Shown: positions 36,518-45,787 of the stretch, piece by piece
How positions within the stretch are numbered: the first letter of the stretch is position 1
Layout of the letters: every line of letters starts with the position of its first letter
Assembly: GCA_963841915.1 (NCBI GenBank)
Contig: CAWJEN010000005.1
Location: 928,001 to 992,000 of the forward strand
Direction: 5' to 3'
Source: an uncultured Planctomycetota bacterium
GTDB lineage: Bacteria; Planctomycetota; Phycisphaerae; Tepidisphaerales; Tepidisphaeraceae
Length of the DNA stretch: 64,000 bases
Made by a program: the position numbers and the translations under genes
Notes under the pieces: generated by a model
Seen by the model: only the letters and a program-made list of their open reading frames with translations
Database searches by the model: none
Told to the model about the DNA's origin: nothing

Positions 36518-39382
36518 TCAAGCCTCGACAGCACCCGCTGCACGGCTGCCGTTGCCGTCACGCCAATTGCCGTAGTAGTCGGTAAAGACGCCCTTGTAGC
36601 TCTTGCCGGCCGTGGTCGCCACACCGCCGTTGGGACGGTACTGGCTGTTGAGGCTGGTGTTGCTGAACTTGTCGTTCTTGACCTGCGAGTAGTTGAGCCA
36701 CTCGTTCTCGCTGCGGAACCCGCTGTTGCCGCTGCCCGTGCCGACCCAGATGACGCCGTCAGCCCACTGGAGGTAGTCGGCGTCGGCCCAGACGTTGTTC
36801 TCGATGGTCGAGAACCCGTTGAGGTTGTCGGCGTTGACCTGCAGTAGGGCGGTGCCGTTCGGACCGGCGTAGAGGTCAGGGGCGACGAAGAGGTTGTTGG
36901 CGAGCGAGACGTTCTGCGTGCCGCTCCAGGCCCGGGCGAAGTGGCCGCGGTCGCCGTAGTTGATGACCGTGTTGTTGACGATGTGAACGTCTTTGACGGT
37001 GCGGTTGTAGCTGGCGTCGAAGCCCTCGATCTTGAACGGCGAGCCGTTGTCTTCGCGGATGACGTTGGAGCGGATATGGGCGTCTTCCGTGCCGTGCTCG
37101 ATGATGTAGCCGCCCTTGACGTTGTTGGCCTCGAAGACGCTGTGCTTGAAGCGGGCCCAGGTGTGGTTGAGGCCGTCGCCGTCGCCGAGCGGGCCGACGC
37201 CGCTGACACCGTCGATGTCGTTGTCCCAGGCGTAAGCGTACTCGCCACGCTGGATGTTGAGCACGCCCTTGGCCGTGTCGTACGGGTCGCCGTTGTTGCG
37301 ACGGTCGATGTTGGCCAAGTCGTTGCGGCCGATGTTGATGCGGTCTGCACCGTGAACACGGATGATGTGCTCGCGGGTCGAGTTGGCGACTTGGTTGCCC
37401 AGGACGGTCCAGTCGCTGCCCTGCATCCAGGCGAAGTAGCGACGCAGGTCACCGCTGCTCGGAACGTCGTTTTCGAGGAGCAGGACGCCCTGTGGCTCGG
37501 CACTTCCGAGGATGGCGTCGCCGACGTCCTTGAAGGTGGTGTTGTAGACGGTGACGTTGTCGCCGCCGGGCTGGATGGCCGACGGGACGCCGTAGCCGTT
37601 GCCGTCGTTGTCGTGGGGCGAATCAAAGACCACGTCGCGGATGGTCATGCCGGTGCGGCCGAAGTCGAACCACAGGATCTGTTTGTTGTTCCAGTGATTG
37701 CGATCATTGGTCCACATGATCGTCGGCTTGGAGCCTTGGCCGTAGGCACCGAGCACGACGTTGTTGCGTGCGAACTTGAGGGAGGTGCTCGTGCCGAAGG
37801 TCTGGCCACGCTGCAGCAGGATGGCGGCGTTGTCGCCCACCTGGTCGAGCCGTTGCATGGCACGATCAAGGGTGCGAACGGGCTTGCTGGTCGTTAGGCC
37901 GTTGTTGCTGTCGCTGCCCCACGACGCCACATAGATGCGGGTGCGGGTGTCGGGCGTGACCGTGACGGTCTTGGTGGTCGTGTTGCTGCCGCCGGCCTCG
38001 TTGTAGACCTTGAGCTTGACGGTGTAGGTGCCGGGCTGCTCGTAGAGGTGGGCGGCGTTGAAGCCGATGACCTTGTTCTGCTTGCCCGACGAGTCGCCGA
38101 AGTCCCACTCGTAGCGGGCCGTCGTCGCCTTGCCGGCCCGCAGGTCGGTGTCGAGGCCGTGGGCGTGGTAGCTGCTGCCGGCCATCAGGGTCGACGAGCT
38201 GGTCGACGTGATGCGGGCGACCGGTTGGGTGCTCCCCGTCGGCGGCTGCGGATTGGACGGAGGCTGCGGGTTCGAAGGCGGCTGGGGATTCGACGGCGGC
38301 TGGGGGTTCGTCGGCGGCTGGGGGTTGGTCGGCGGCTGGGGGTTGGTCGGCGGCGGGTTCGAGCCGTTCCGACGGAACTCCAGGTAGTCGAAGCGGCCTG
38401 CACCACCGCTGCCGGACCGGTTGAAGGTCACGCGAACCGTCTGCTCGCCGGCCGGAAGGTAAAGGTCGCCGACCTTGTGGCTGCGGAAGTTGAACCAGCC
38501 GTCGTTGGGCAGGGTCGTGTTGACCGACTGGCCGCCGGCGGTGGAGACCGTGATCTTGCCGTCGCTGATGCCGGTCGAGGCGTTGGCGTAGACGCCGAAC
38601 GTACCCGACGAGTCGACGTCAACGGTGTATTCGAGCCACTCACCGTTGCTGGCCCAGCCGACGTTTTTGACCGGCGTCAGGTCGATATCGACCTGGTCGC
38701 TTGGCCTGAGGACGCTGGAGCCGTAGCGCTGGCTGGTGGAGTCGCTGTACGCGACGCCGGGCCCGCCTTCGTCGAAGTGCTCGAACTGGACGACACCCGG
38801 CAGGTTGTGCGGGTCGTTCTGGTAGGCACGCTGGGTGCCGTTGTTGTTGTTGCTACCGCCGCCGCCGCCGCCACCACCATTGTTGTTGCTGATGGTGTAG
38901 TCGCGGCCGGAGTGGGACTCGACGCTGTCGGTACCGTCGTTGCCACCGCGGAGGGTGGCTGAGTCGTTACCTGATCCGCCGTAGACCTTGTCGTTGCCTT
39001 GGCCGGTGCGGAAGATGTCGTTGCCGTCGTTGCCGTAAGCGACGACGTCTTTGTAGATCTGCTCGGAGACGCCGAAGTTGTCGACGCCGCTGCCGCCGTT
39101 GTAACGGATCGAGCTGATCCGGTTTTCGTCGACGTAGTGGTTCTGGCCGTTGAAGATGACCAGGTAGTCCTGACCAACGTCAAGCACGCTGACGCGGTTG
39201 TCGCCCCAGGTGTTGGCGTCGATCGTCAGGACGCTGCCTTGAAGACTGACGCCAGCCAGGAGTTTGCGACCTTCCAATGTTTCGACAGCCGCCTTTGAGA
39301 CGAGGCTGCGAAGCTTACGGTTGTTGTGCTTGTTCGTAACGGCGGTAAAACGGCCGTTCGAGGGCATCGTCGGTGATTGCAT
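36518..39382 (-). CDS. Large secreted multidomain protein: planctomycete extracellular motif, RTX-like Ca-binding repeats, CBM6-like module, Pro-rich linker, PKD, beta-helix
   Basis: VETLEGRKLLA; GNDGND/GQGND/GGSGND; EHFDEGG..GEWLEYTV; (NPQPP[TS])n; YEWDFGD..HLYEQPGTYTVKLKV; YVASWGSDSNNG + Asn-ladder beta-helix. Confidence 0.85.
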   Translation of the reverse strand: MQSPTMPSNGRFTAVTNKHNNRKLRSLVSKAAVETLEGRKLLAGVSLQGSVLTIDANTWGDNRVSVLDVGQDYLVIFNGQNHYVDENRISSIRYNGGSGVDNFGVSEQIYKDVVAYGNDGNDIFRTGQGNDKVYGGSGNDSATLRGGNDGTDSVESHSGRDYTISNNNGGGGGGGGSNNNNGTQRAYQNDPHNLPGVVQFEHFDEGGPGVAYSDSTSQRYGSSVLRPSDQVDIDLTPVKNVGWASNGEWLEYTVDVDSSGTFGVYANASTGISDGKITVSTAGGQSVNTTLPNDGWFNFRSHKVGDLYLPAGEQTVRVTFNRSGSGGAGRFDYLEFRRNGSNPPPTNPQPPTNPQPPTNPQPPSNPQPPSNPQPPSNPQPPTGSTQPVARITSTSSSTLMAGSSYHAHGLDTDLRAGKATTARYEWDFGDSSGKQNKVIGFNAAHLYEQPGTYTVKLKVYNEAGGSNTTTKTVTVTPDTRTRIYVASWGSDSNNGLTTSKPVRTLDRAMQRLDQVGDNAAILLQRGQTFGTSTSLKFARNNVVLGAYGQGSKPTIMWTNDRNHWNNKQILWFDFGRTGMTIRDVVFDSPHDNDGNGYGVPSAIQPGGDNVTVYNTTFKDVGDAILGSAEPQGVLLLENDVPSSGDLRRYFAWMQGSDWTVLGNQVANSTREHIIRVHGADRINIGRNDLANIDRRNNGDPYDTAKGVLNIQRGEYAYAWDNDIDGVSGVGPLGDGDGLNHTWARFKHSVFEANNVKGGYIIEHGTEDAHIRSNVIREDNGSPFKIEGFDASYNRTVKDVHIVNNTVINYGDRGHFARAWSGTQNVSLANNLFVAPDLYAGPNGTALLQVNADNLNGFSTIENNVWADADYLQWADGVIWVGTGSGNSGFRSENEWLNYSQVKNDKFSNTSLNSQYRPNGGVATTAGKSYKGVFTDYYGNWRDGNGSRAAGAVEA
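38241..38360 (-). repeat. 18-bp coding tandem repeat (NPQPP[TS] linker)
   Basis: About six consecutive 18-nt units encoding NPQPPT/NPQPPS. Confidence 0.85.
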
Positions 39383-40068
39383 CGGCGGTGCTATAGGGTG
39401 ATCGGGGTGGTGCCGGTTTCATCCGGGCATCGGTGTCGTTTGCTTCAGCCGCTTTTGAATCGGATCGTTGAGGCGACAGCGGGTAGCTGGAGGCTCAGTT
39501 GGTCCGACATCGCCAGGTCACGCAGGGGCGTGGCCCGAAGCGGAAGTCGCCGACAACGATGTCGGCGCAAGTGGAGGAGGGCGGTTTTGGCGGCGGAACG
39601 GAAATCGATCCGCCGTCCTGACCTGCATTCTCATCTCCCAGGCACGCGGTTCTCCCGAACCCGTGATTCTCTCGAATCACCTGTGCCCAACGCATCTTCG
39701 CCCGCATCTCTCTTCGACCGCCGGCCGAAGGCGGGTTAGTTGAGCAAGCTCATTTAACCCGTGGGCGACAAAGCCGAAGCTGCGTCCGTGGCAGTGACAC
39801 GCCCGCCGGTAAACCGGTTAGGCAGGAGCCCGATATTTTGGCCGACCAGGCATGACGAAACGGCCTGCTGCTGGATGCCAGCGGAACATATGGAAAGGGT
39901 TTGCCGCTTAGCCGCCCACACGACAACAACTTAGGGTCATCTGACTCAGCCTGCTCTGCCAGTCACGCCCGCCGCAGAGAGATGACGCTGCGACATGGTG
40001 ACACAGGCGGGGAGCGGCAGTGGGCACGTGACAGACTGCTTGAAACGCTCTTGCCGCGCAGCAAAGTA

Positions 40069-40090
40069 TGGCAGCTTATAGAAGCTGCCA
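40069..40090 (-). terminator. Hairpin downstream of rpmH
   Basis: TGGCAGCTT/AAGCTGCCA 9-bp stem followed by TACTTTG on the minus strand. Confidence 0.6.
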
Positions 40091-40118
40091 AACGCGTCAC
40101 TCGATTGTCGCCGGCCTG

Positions 40119-40253
40119 CTACACCGCCTGAGCGCTCTGCCCGCGGCGGCGCTTGTTGTTGATGATCTTGCGACCATTCTTCGTCCTCATGCGGGCGCGG
40201 AAGCCGAGCTTCCGGGCACGCTTGACCTTGCTGATACGGTGCGGGTAATGCAT
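40119..40253 (-). CDS. rpmH: 50S ribosomal protein L34 (not in the ORF track; 44 aa)
   Basis: MHYPHRISKVKRARKLGFRARMRTKNGRKIINNKRRRGQSAQAV. Confidence 0.92.
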   Translation of the reverse strand: MHYPHRISKVKRARKLGFRARMRTKNGRKIINNKRRRGQSAQAV

Positions 40254-40502
40254 GGCGTGGCGGTAAAGCTGCTTCGAAACCGGCGGGCGTCATCGCCCGT
40301 TCGGGTGGGGAACCTAGGACCGGCTGGTGCTTTTGTCCACCGGTCGCTTCAATGTCCGTACTCCGATCCGGGCCGACGGATTATTGCAATGTTGCTACAG
40401 TTACGCTGTCAGGCGAACCATCTGTCTGATCGGGGGTCACACCGGTGGGTGACTCCGCCGTTGCGGAAGTCGCACGCTACATTGACTGCACCTTTTTCTA
40501 TA

Positions 40503-41279
40503 ATGGCCGAGCTACTGGACACAACGCGAACTCGAGCCGAAGCTTTGCTTGGTCACGTGTTCGATCGTCCGGCGCTCTTACTTGAGGCGTTGACACACAC
40601 CAGTGCTGCCGCCGACCGAATGGCCAGTAACGAGCGGCTCGAATTTCTTGGCGATGCCGTCCTCGAGCTTGTCGTCTGTGACCTGCTCTACACCGACTTC
40701 CCAGAGAGCCGCGAAGGCGACATGACGACCATGAAGTCGGCTGTCGTCAGTCGCCGCACCTGTGCGGCCATCGCCCGGGCGACGGGATTGGCCGATTTGC
40801 TGCTCGTCGGCAAAGGCATTCTGAACCGCCGACAGATCCCGGCGTCGCTGGCGGCAGGGGTATACGAAAGCGTTGTCGCTGCTCTTTATCTCGATGGTGG
40901 CTACGAGTCGGCCAGGCTTTTTGTTACCCGCACCATGCGACCGCACATTGAGGCGCTCCGCCAGAGCGAGCACGGCGAGCATGGGCACAACTTCAAGGCC
41001 ATGTTGCAGCAGCACGTACAGCGTGAGCTCAATGACGCTCCGCGGTACGAACTGCTCGATGAGAAGGGGCCTGATCACAGCCGCTGTTTTGAGGTGTGTG
41101 TCATCATCGACAACGACCGCTTCGAGGGTGCGTGGGGCCCGAGCAAAAAGACGGCTGAGCAAAAGGCGGCCCTCGTGGCGTTGCTGAAGCTCAATGCCAT
41201 CTCGCCCGACGAGTACGCCTCGGCCATCACCACCGTTGATCAGTTGGCCCCGCAGCCACTTTCACACGAGACCGACTGA
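40503..41279 (+). CDS. rnc: Ribonuclease III
   Basis: NERLEFLGDAVL signature, C-terminal dsRBD (GPDHSRCF..SKKTAEQKAA). Confidence 0.95.
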   Translation: MAELLDTTRTRAEALLGHVFDRPALLLEALTHTSAAADRMASNERLEFLGDAVLELVVCDLLYTDFPESREGDMTTMKSAVVSRRTCAAIARATGLADLLLVGKGILNRRQIPASLAAGVYESVVAALYLDGGYESARLFVTRTMRPHIEALRQSEHGEHGHNFKAMLQQHVQRELNDAPRYELLDEKGPDHSRCFEVCVIIDNDRFEGAWGPSKKTAEQKAALVALLKLNAISPDEYASAITTVDQLAPQPLSHETD

Positions 41280-41286
41280 AGTTCAC

Positions 41287-42237
41287 TCAGCCGACGCGCT
41301 GCATCACCTCGTCGACGGCCAGATCATCCAGGTCGGGCGTTGTCAGCAATTCGACGCGAGGCCCGATAGGCCGCCACGCGGCTGGTTTGGAATGCGGGCC
41401 GTACAACGCGATCGTCCGCAGTCCCGCCACGGCCGCCAGGTGCGTCGGGCCTGTGTCGTGACCGACATACAAGCCGATGCCGCGAAGCAGGAACCAAAGC
41501 TCTGACAAGTCCTTGGGCACCTGCACGTCGCCGGCTGCTTCGAGCGCCTGACGATCCTGCGACGACAACGCTTCTAGTTCTGCCTCACCCAGCACGAATC
41601 TCACGCGACGCCCTTGCTGTTTGAGCCGGCCTGCGAGCTCGAGCCAGTTCGAGAGGGGCCAGTTCTTCTTAGCCGAGCCGCTGCCGACGTGCAGCAACGC
41701 CGGGCCACTGGCGTCGTGGAGCTTGGACGCAAGACCGGTCTTAGCGATGGAGTCGACGATGCCCGCCGCCCCGGCTTGCAAGGGCGGATGGTCGCTCAGC
41801 TGCTCGATGAGGTGCTCCATCGCATGGCGGTCGACGAGTTCCGCAGGTGGCGGCGTCAGGCGAACCTTTGCCGCGTCCGGAGCTACCTCGGCCACGCGAT
41901 CGGCCCACGCATCCGTTGCCACGAGCGAGATAACGTGACTCGCGCCGGCCAGGAGCTTTCGCGGCCGATCGGGTAGCGGGGCCGACCCGAACAACGTCTG
42001 CCAACCGCCTTCGACGTCGCGATGCTCGATCCGCAGCACACTCTCTGCCAGCCTGCCGCGATCGCCTCCGACAACGGCAATGACGCGCGATTGCGCCAGT
42101 ACCCGGGCCGCCCCCAGCAGGATGGGCCACGTCATGATGAAGTCACCGAGCCCGCCGCTGTGGAACAGCAAGACGTTCCGCCCACCGCCCGGGCGTTGTC
42201 CAGGTTCGGGAAGTCGAGGCAGTCGCGTCGCCGGCAC
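41287..42237 (-). CDS. Glycosyltransferase family 9 (heptosyltransferase-like)
   Basis: GGLGDF, HVGSGSAKKNWP, GHDTGPTHLAA, LYGP. Confidence 0.85.
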   Translation of the reverse strand: MPATRLPRLPEPGQRPGGGRNVLLFHSGGLGDFIMTWPILLGAARVLAQSRVIAVVGGDRGRLAESVLRIEHRDVEGGWQTLFGSAPLPDRPRKLLAGASHVISLVATDAWADRVAEVAPDAAKVRLTPPPAELVDRHAMEHLIEQLSDHPPLQAGAAGIVDSIAKTGLASKLHDASGPALLHVGSGSAKKNWPLSNWLELAGRLKQQGRRVRFVLGEAELEALSSQDRQALEAAGDVQVPKDLSELWFLLRGIGLYVGHDTGPTHLAAVAGLRTIALYGPHSKPAAWRPIGPRVELLTTPDLDDLAVDEVMQRVG

Positions 42238-42279
42238 GTTTGAAGCGTAGAGGCGGTCGCTTAAGGACCAAGGTCGACG

Positions 42280-42627
42280 TTAATCGGCGTCGCGGGCCGC
42301 TTGCTTCTTCTCGGCAACGGCCTCACGGCGACGCTCCCGCTCGAGCTCCGGTAACCGCTCCCGCTGCTGAGGTGTCAGCACGGCCATCACCTGCTCCTTC
42401 TCCTGAACACGCAACGCCCGCATCTGCCGAAGAATCTCCGTCCGCACCGCGATGATCTCTTGCTCCTGTCCGGGCGTCAGATCATCGAGCAACGAGTAAG
42501 GCAACGTTACCCGCACGTTCGGCCGCGTCGCCGGCTTCGTCGCCGGCTCGTCCTCCGCAATAGCCACTCCTGTCGCGGCAGCGGCCAGGGCGAGGACAAC
42601 GATCACGACGCGAAGCGGATGACGCAT
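42280..42627 (-). CDS. Small secreted protein, Spy/CpxP-like
   Basis: Signal peptide, LTPGQ and VLTPQQR (LTxxQ) motifs. Confidence 0.6.
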   Translation of the reverse strand: MRHPLRVVIVVLALAAAATGVAIAEDEPATKPATRPNVRVTLPYSLLDDLTPGQEQEIIAVRTEILRQMRALRVQEKEQVMAVLTPQQRERLPELERERRREAVAEKKQAARDAD

Positions 42628-42725
42628 GGATCGTCTTGTACCCACTAGCGAGTAGCCTGCACAAGAATGAAGCGAAAACGCAACAGACGGCAAGCCAGCA
42701 TGCTCGGCGTCCGATTCAACCAGCG

Positions 42726-43784
42726 TTAGAACAGAGACCGGTCGCCGTTGTTGCTCGTCGACGGTTGTACGTTCGCGTCGGCCTCGGCCACCACGTCGGG
42801 CTTGAGCAGCCGCGTGTTGAGCGACTTCATGTGGGCTGTCCACCGCGACGGATCGTTGGCCGCGTCACCTGTGCGGCTGGCGGCGAGGGCCATCGTCATC
42901 TTGGCGTCGAGGTTCTCGACCATGTGCACGAAGATCGCCTCGGGCGTGGCAGGCGTCTTGGCGCTGCCAAAGCCCAGCTCGTGGTCGCCGTGATGGCTCA
43001 GCACGATGTGCTGCAGGACATCGATCAGCTCGCGTGGCACATCCACACTTGCCTGCTGGGCCTTCTCTTCGACCCACATCGCGCCTTTGACGAGGTGCCC
43101 GATCAGCCGTCCCTCCGACGTGTAGTCGAAGCCGGTTTCGTACGACAGTTCCCAGGTCTTTGCGAGGTCGTGGATGAAGACACCCAGCACGCACAACTCG
43201 CGGTTCAGGCCGTCGTACAGGCGGGCCAGCGTGTCGGCGGCGCGCATGGCGTTGGTGGTGTGCTCGAGCAGGCCGCCCAGAAACGCGTGGTGCATCGCCA
43301 TCGCTGCCGGTGCCTTGCGGAAGTTGCTCATGAGCTCCTCGTCCGCCAGGTAGGCCGCGGCTATCGCCCGCAGCGTCGGTGACTTGAAACCTTCGAGCAT
43401 CGCCTTCACCTCGGCGAACATGGCGTCGACGTCCTTGTCCGTCTTGGCCAGCAGTTCGCCGTAGTCGACGCTGTCCGGGTCGCGAAGCTGCAGGATTTTC
43501 TCGACCTTGAGCTGCGGGCGGCCGTTGAACTCTTCGACGACCGCCTTGAGTCGCACCACGCCCGGATTGGGCAAACGGCGGAACATGGCCTCGCCCTGAT
43601 CCCACCAGTTGGCCGGGACGCTGCGGGTTCGGTCGCTGACCTGCATCGACAGGAATGGGTCGCCGCGCTTGTTCGTGCGCAACTGCACACCGCTGATGAC
43701 GTAGGCCTCGTCTGTCCGTTCGCCGGGCGAGAGGTCGCTGAGGAAGCGCCGCGGTGCGGGTCCTGCGTTGCTGTCGTCGCTCAT
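42726..43784 (-). CDS. YhaM-like 3'-5' exoribonuclease (OB + HD)
   Basis: N-terminal OB fold, PAAMAMHHAFLGGLLEHT, IHDLAK, GHL, SHHG. Confidence 0.88.
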   Translation of the reverse strand: MSDDSNAGPAPRRFLSDLSPGERTDEAYVISGVQLRTNKRGDPFLSMQVSDRTRSVPANWWDQGEAMFRRLPNPGVVRLKAVVEEFNGRPQLKVEKILQLRDPDSVDYGELLAKTDKDVDAMFAEVKAMLEGFKSPTLRAIAAAYLADEELMSNFRKAPAAMAMHHAFLGGLLEHTTNAMRAADTLARLYDGLNRELCVLGVFIHDLAKTWELSYETGFDYTSEGRLIGHLVKGAMWVEEKAQQASVDVPRELIDVLQHIVLSHHGDHELGFGSAKTPATPEAIFVHMVENLDAKMTMALAASRTGDAANDPSRWTAHMKSLNTRLLKPDVVAEADANVQPSTSNNGDRSLF

Positions 43785-43814
43785 GGTTGGTTGTAGGGCC
43801 GGCTAGAACATGGC

Positions 43815-44780
43815 ATGCAACTCGACCAGGTTCGCTGGGGCATCCTCGGCTGCGGAGACGTGACGGAAGTCAAGGGCGGGCCTTCGGCAATGAACCGCGA
43901 CGACGGGTCGAGTCGTGTCGTCGCCTGCATGCGGCGTGATGGAGACAAGGCCGCTGACTATGCGAAGCGACACGACGTCGCCCGCTCGTACGACAGCGCC
44001 GACGCGCTCCTGGCCGACGAGAAGGTAAATGCAATCTACGTTGCGACACCACCGAACGGTCATATGGAGCTGGCCATCAGGGCCGCGGCGGCGGGTAAGC
44101 CGTGCTACGTCGAGAAGCCGATGGCGCGGTCATTTGCCGAGTGCCAGCGGATGAACGTTGCGTTTGCCGACGCGAAATTACCGCTGTTCGTCGCCTACTA
44201 CCGCCGCCGGTTGCCGCGCTTTGTCGAGGCCAAGCGTCTTATCGAGTCCGGCAAACTCGGCGACGTGACGGGCATTCGTTACGACTTTGCCCGGCCGTTC
44301 CAGCCCGATCGCGACCACGGCTGGCGGGCGACGCCCGAGGTCTCCGGTGGGGGCCTGTTCCTCGACCTTGCCAGTCACCTGTTGGACCTCTTCGACGAAC
44401 TGCTCGGCCCGCTGTCAAACGTCGGAGGCACGGCATTTGGTCAGCCCGGTGACGACCGTGTGGCCATGAGCTTCGGCCAGCCGGGCGACATCATCGGCGG
44501 TGCGACGTGGAACTTCGCCGCCTCGCGTCGTGCAGACACGATCCAAATCGACGGCACCGAGGCGACGCTGACAATGTCGTGTTTCGGGAACGAGCCGCTT
44601 GTGCTGACGCCACTCGACGGCGAGCCAGAGTCGGTTCATTGTCCGCACCACAGACATGTGCAGCGGTACCTCATGGATGACATCATCGCCGAACTGCTGG
44701 GTCGCGGCAGTTGTCCGAGCACAGGCATTTCTGCGGCCAGGACCAGCCGAGTTATGGACGAGGCGCTGGGCCTGCTCTGA
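43815..44780 (+). CDS. Gfo/Idh/MocA family oxidoreductase
   Basis: WGILGCG, YVATPP, VEKPMA, AYYRR, GGGLFLDLASH. Confidence 0.9.
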   Translation: MQLDQVRWGILGCGDVTEVKGGPSAMNRDDGSSRVVACMRRDGDKAADYAKRHDVARSYDSADALLADEKVNAIYVATPPNGHMELAIRAAAAGKPCYVEKPMARSFAECQRMNVAFADAKLPLFVAYYRRRLPRFVEAKRLIESGKLGDVTGIRYDFARPFQPDRDHGWRATPEVSGGGLFLDLASHLLDLFDELLGPLSNVGGTAFGQPGDDRVAMSFGQPGDIIGGATWNFAASRRADTIQIDGTEATLTMSCFGNEPLVLTPLDGEPESVHCPHHRHVQRYLMDDIIAELLGRGSCPSTGISAARTSRVMDEALGLL

Positions 44781-44843
44781 GGCTTGTTTGCCTGCGGCGT
44801 CATCGCTACTTGAAGCCGGCCGGTTGCCGCTCAACCCTTGTAA

Positions 44844-45734
44844 ATGCTCGAATCGCCTGCACGTTTAGTCCTCGGTCTTGGCGAAGTGCTCTGGGATCTG
44901 CAGCCGCACGGCAAACAGCTGGGTGGGGCACCGGCCAACTTTGCCTACCACGTTAACGCCCAGGGCATTGCCGCGGCACCAGTGTCGGCCGTCGGTGAAG
45001 ACAAACTCGGCCGCGAGCTCCTTGCGGAGCTTTCGTCGCGCGGGGTCGACACAGCATTCGTCCAAACTGCGGCGGGCATGCCGACCAGCACCGTTGATGT
45101 TGAGCTTGACGATGGCAAGCCCACCTACACGATCCACGAGGGCGTCGCCTGGGACCGCATCAACTTCACAGAGGCACTCGAGACGGCGGCGAAGTCGGCA
45201 CGTGCTGTCTGCTACGGCACGCTCGCTCAACGCGGCACCGTCAGCCGAGAGACGATCACCCGCATCCTTAGAGCGACGCCGGACGATTGCCTACGCGTCT
45301 TCGATGTGAATCTGCGGCAAAGCTTCTGGGACAAGGCGATCATCACGAACGGCCTGACGTACGCGACGGTGTTCAAGCTGAGTGACGAAGAAGTTGACGA
45401 CGTGGCGAGCGCGCTCGACCTGCCGAGCGATCCGCAGCGCTTCACTGAGGAGCTGCTCGTGCGTTTCGAAAATCTGGACCTGCTCATCATCACCCGCGGC
45501 GGCGACGGCAGCACGCTGCGGCGGCGTTCAGGTGAGACGAGCCAGCATGGAACGGAGAAGGCCGATGTCGTTAGCACCGTCGGTGCGGGTGACAGCTTTA
45601 CTGCGGGCGTGGTGGCCGGCTTGCTTAAGGGGCAGCCGCTGGGCCTGACGCACGCATTTGCCTCGAAGCTGGCCGCCTACGTCGTGAGTCGGTCCGGTGC
45701 GATGCCGACATTGCCCGACGATCTGCGGTTGTAG
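44844..45734 (+). CDS. PfkB family carbohydrate kinase (fructokinase-like)
   Basis: GEVLWD, GGAPANFA, FDVNLR, TVGAGDSF. Confidence 0.88.
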   Translation: MLESPARLVLGLGEVLWDLQPHGKQLGGAPANFAYHVNAQGIAAAPVSAVGEDKLGRELLAELSSRGVDTAFVQTAAGMPTSTVDVELDDGKPTYTIHEGVAWDRINFTEALETAAKSARAVCYGTLAQRGTVSRETITRILRATPDDCLRVFDVNLRQSFWDKAIITNGLTYATVFKLSDEEVDDVASALDLPSDPQRFTEELLVRFENLDLLIITRGGDGSTLRRRSGETSQHGTEKADVVSTVGAGDSFTAGVVAGLLKGQPLGLTHAFASKLAAYVVSRSGAMPTLPDDLRL

Positions 45735-45787
45735 GGACGCTTGCTGCCTCGCATTTGAGCACGCTGCCTCTCCTACGGTCACCGCCC

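Noticed and set aside
39383..40502. oriC or c-di-GMP riboswitch in the long intergenic regions around rpmH
   Set aside because: No cluster of TTATCCACA-like DnaA boxes, no AT-rich unwinding element and no complete riboswitch consensus seen
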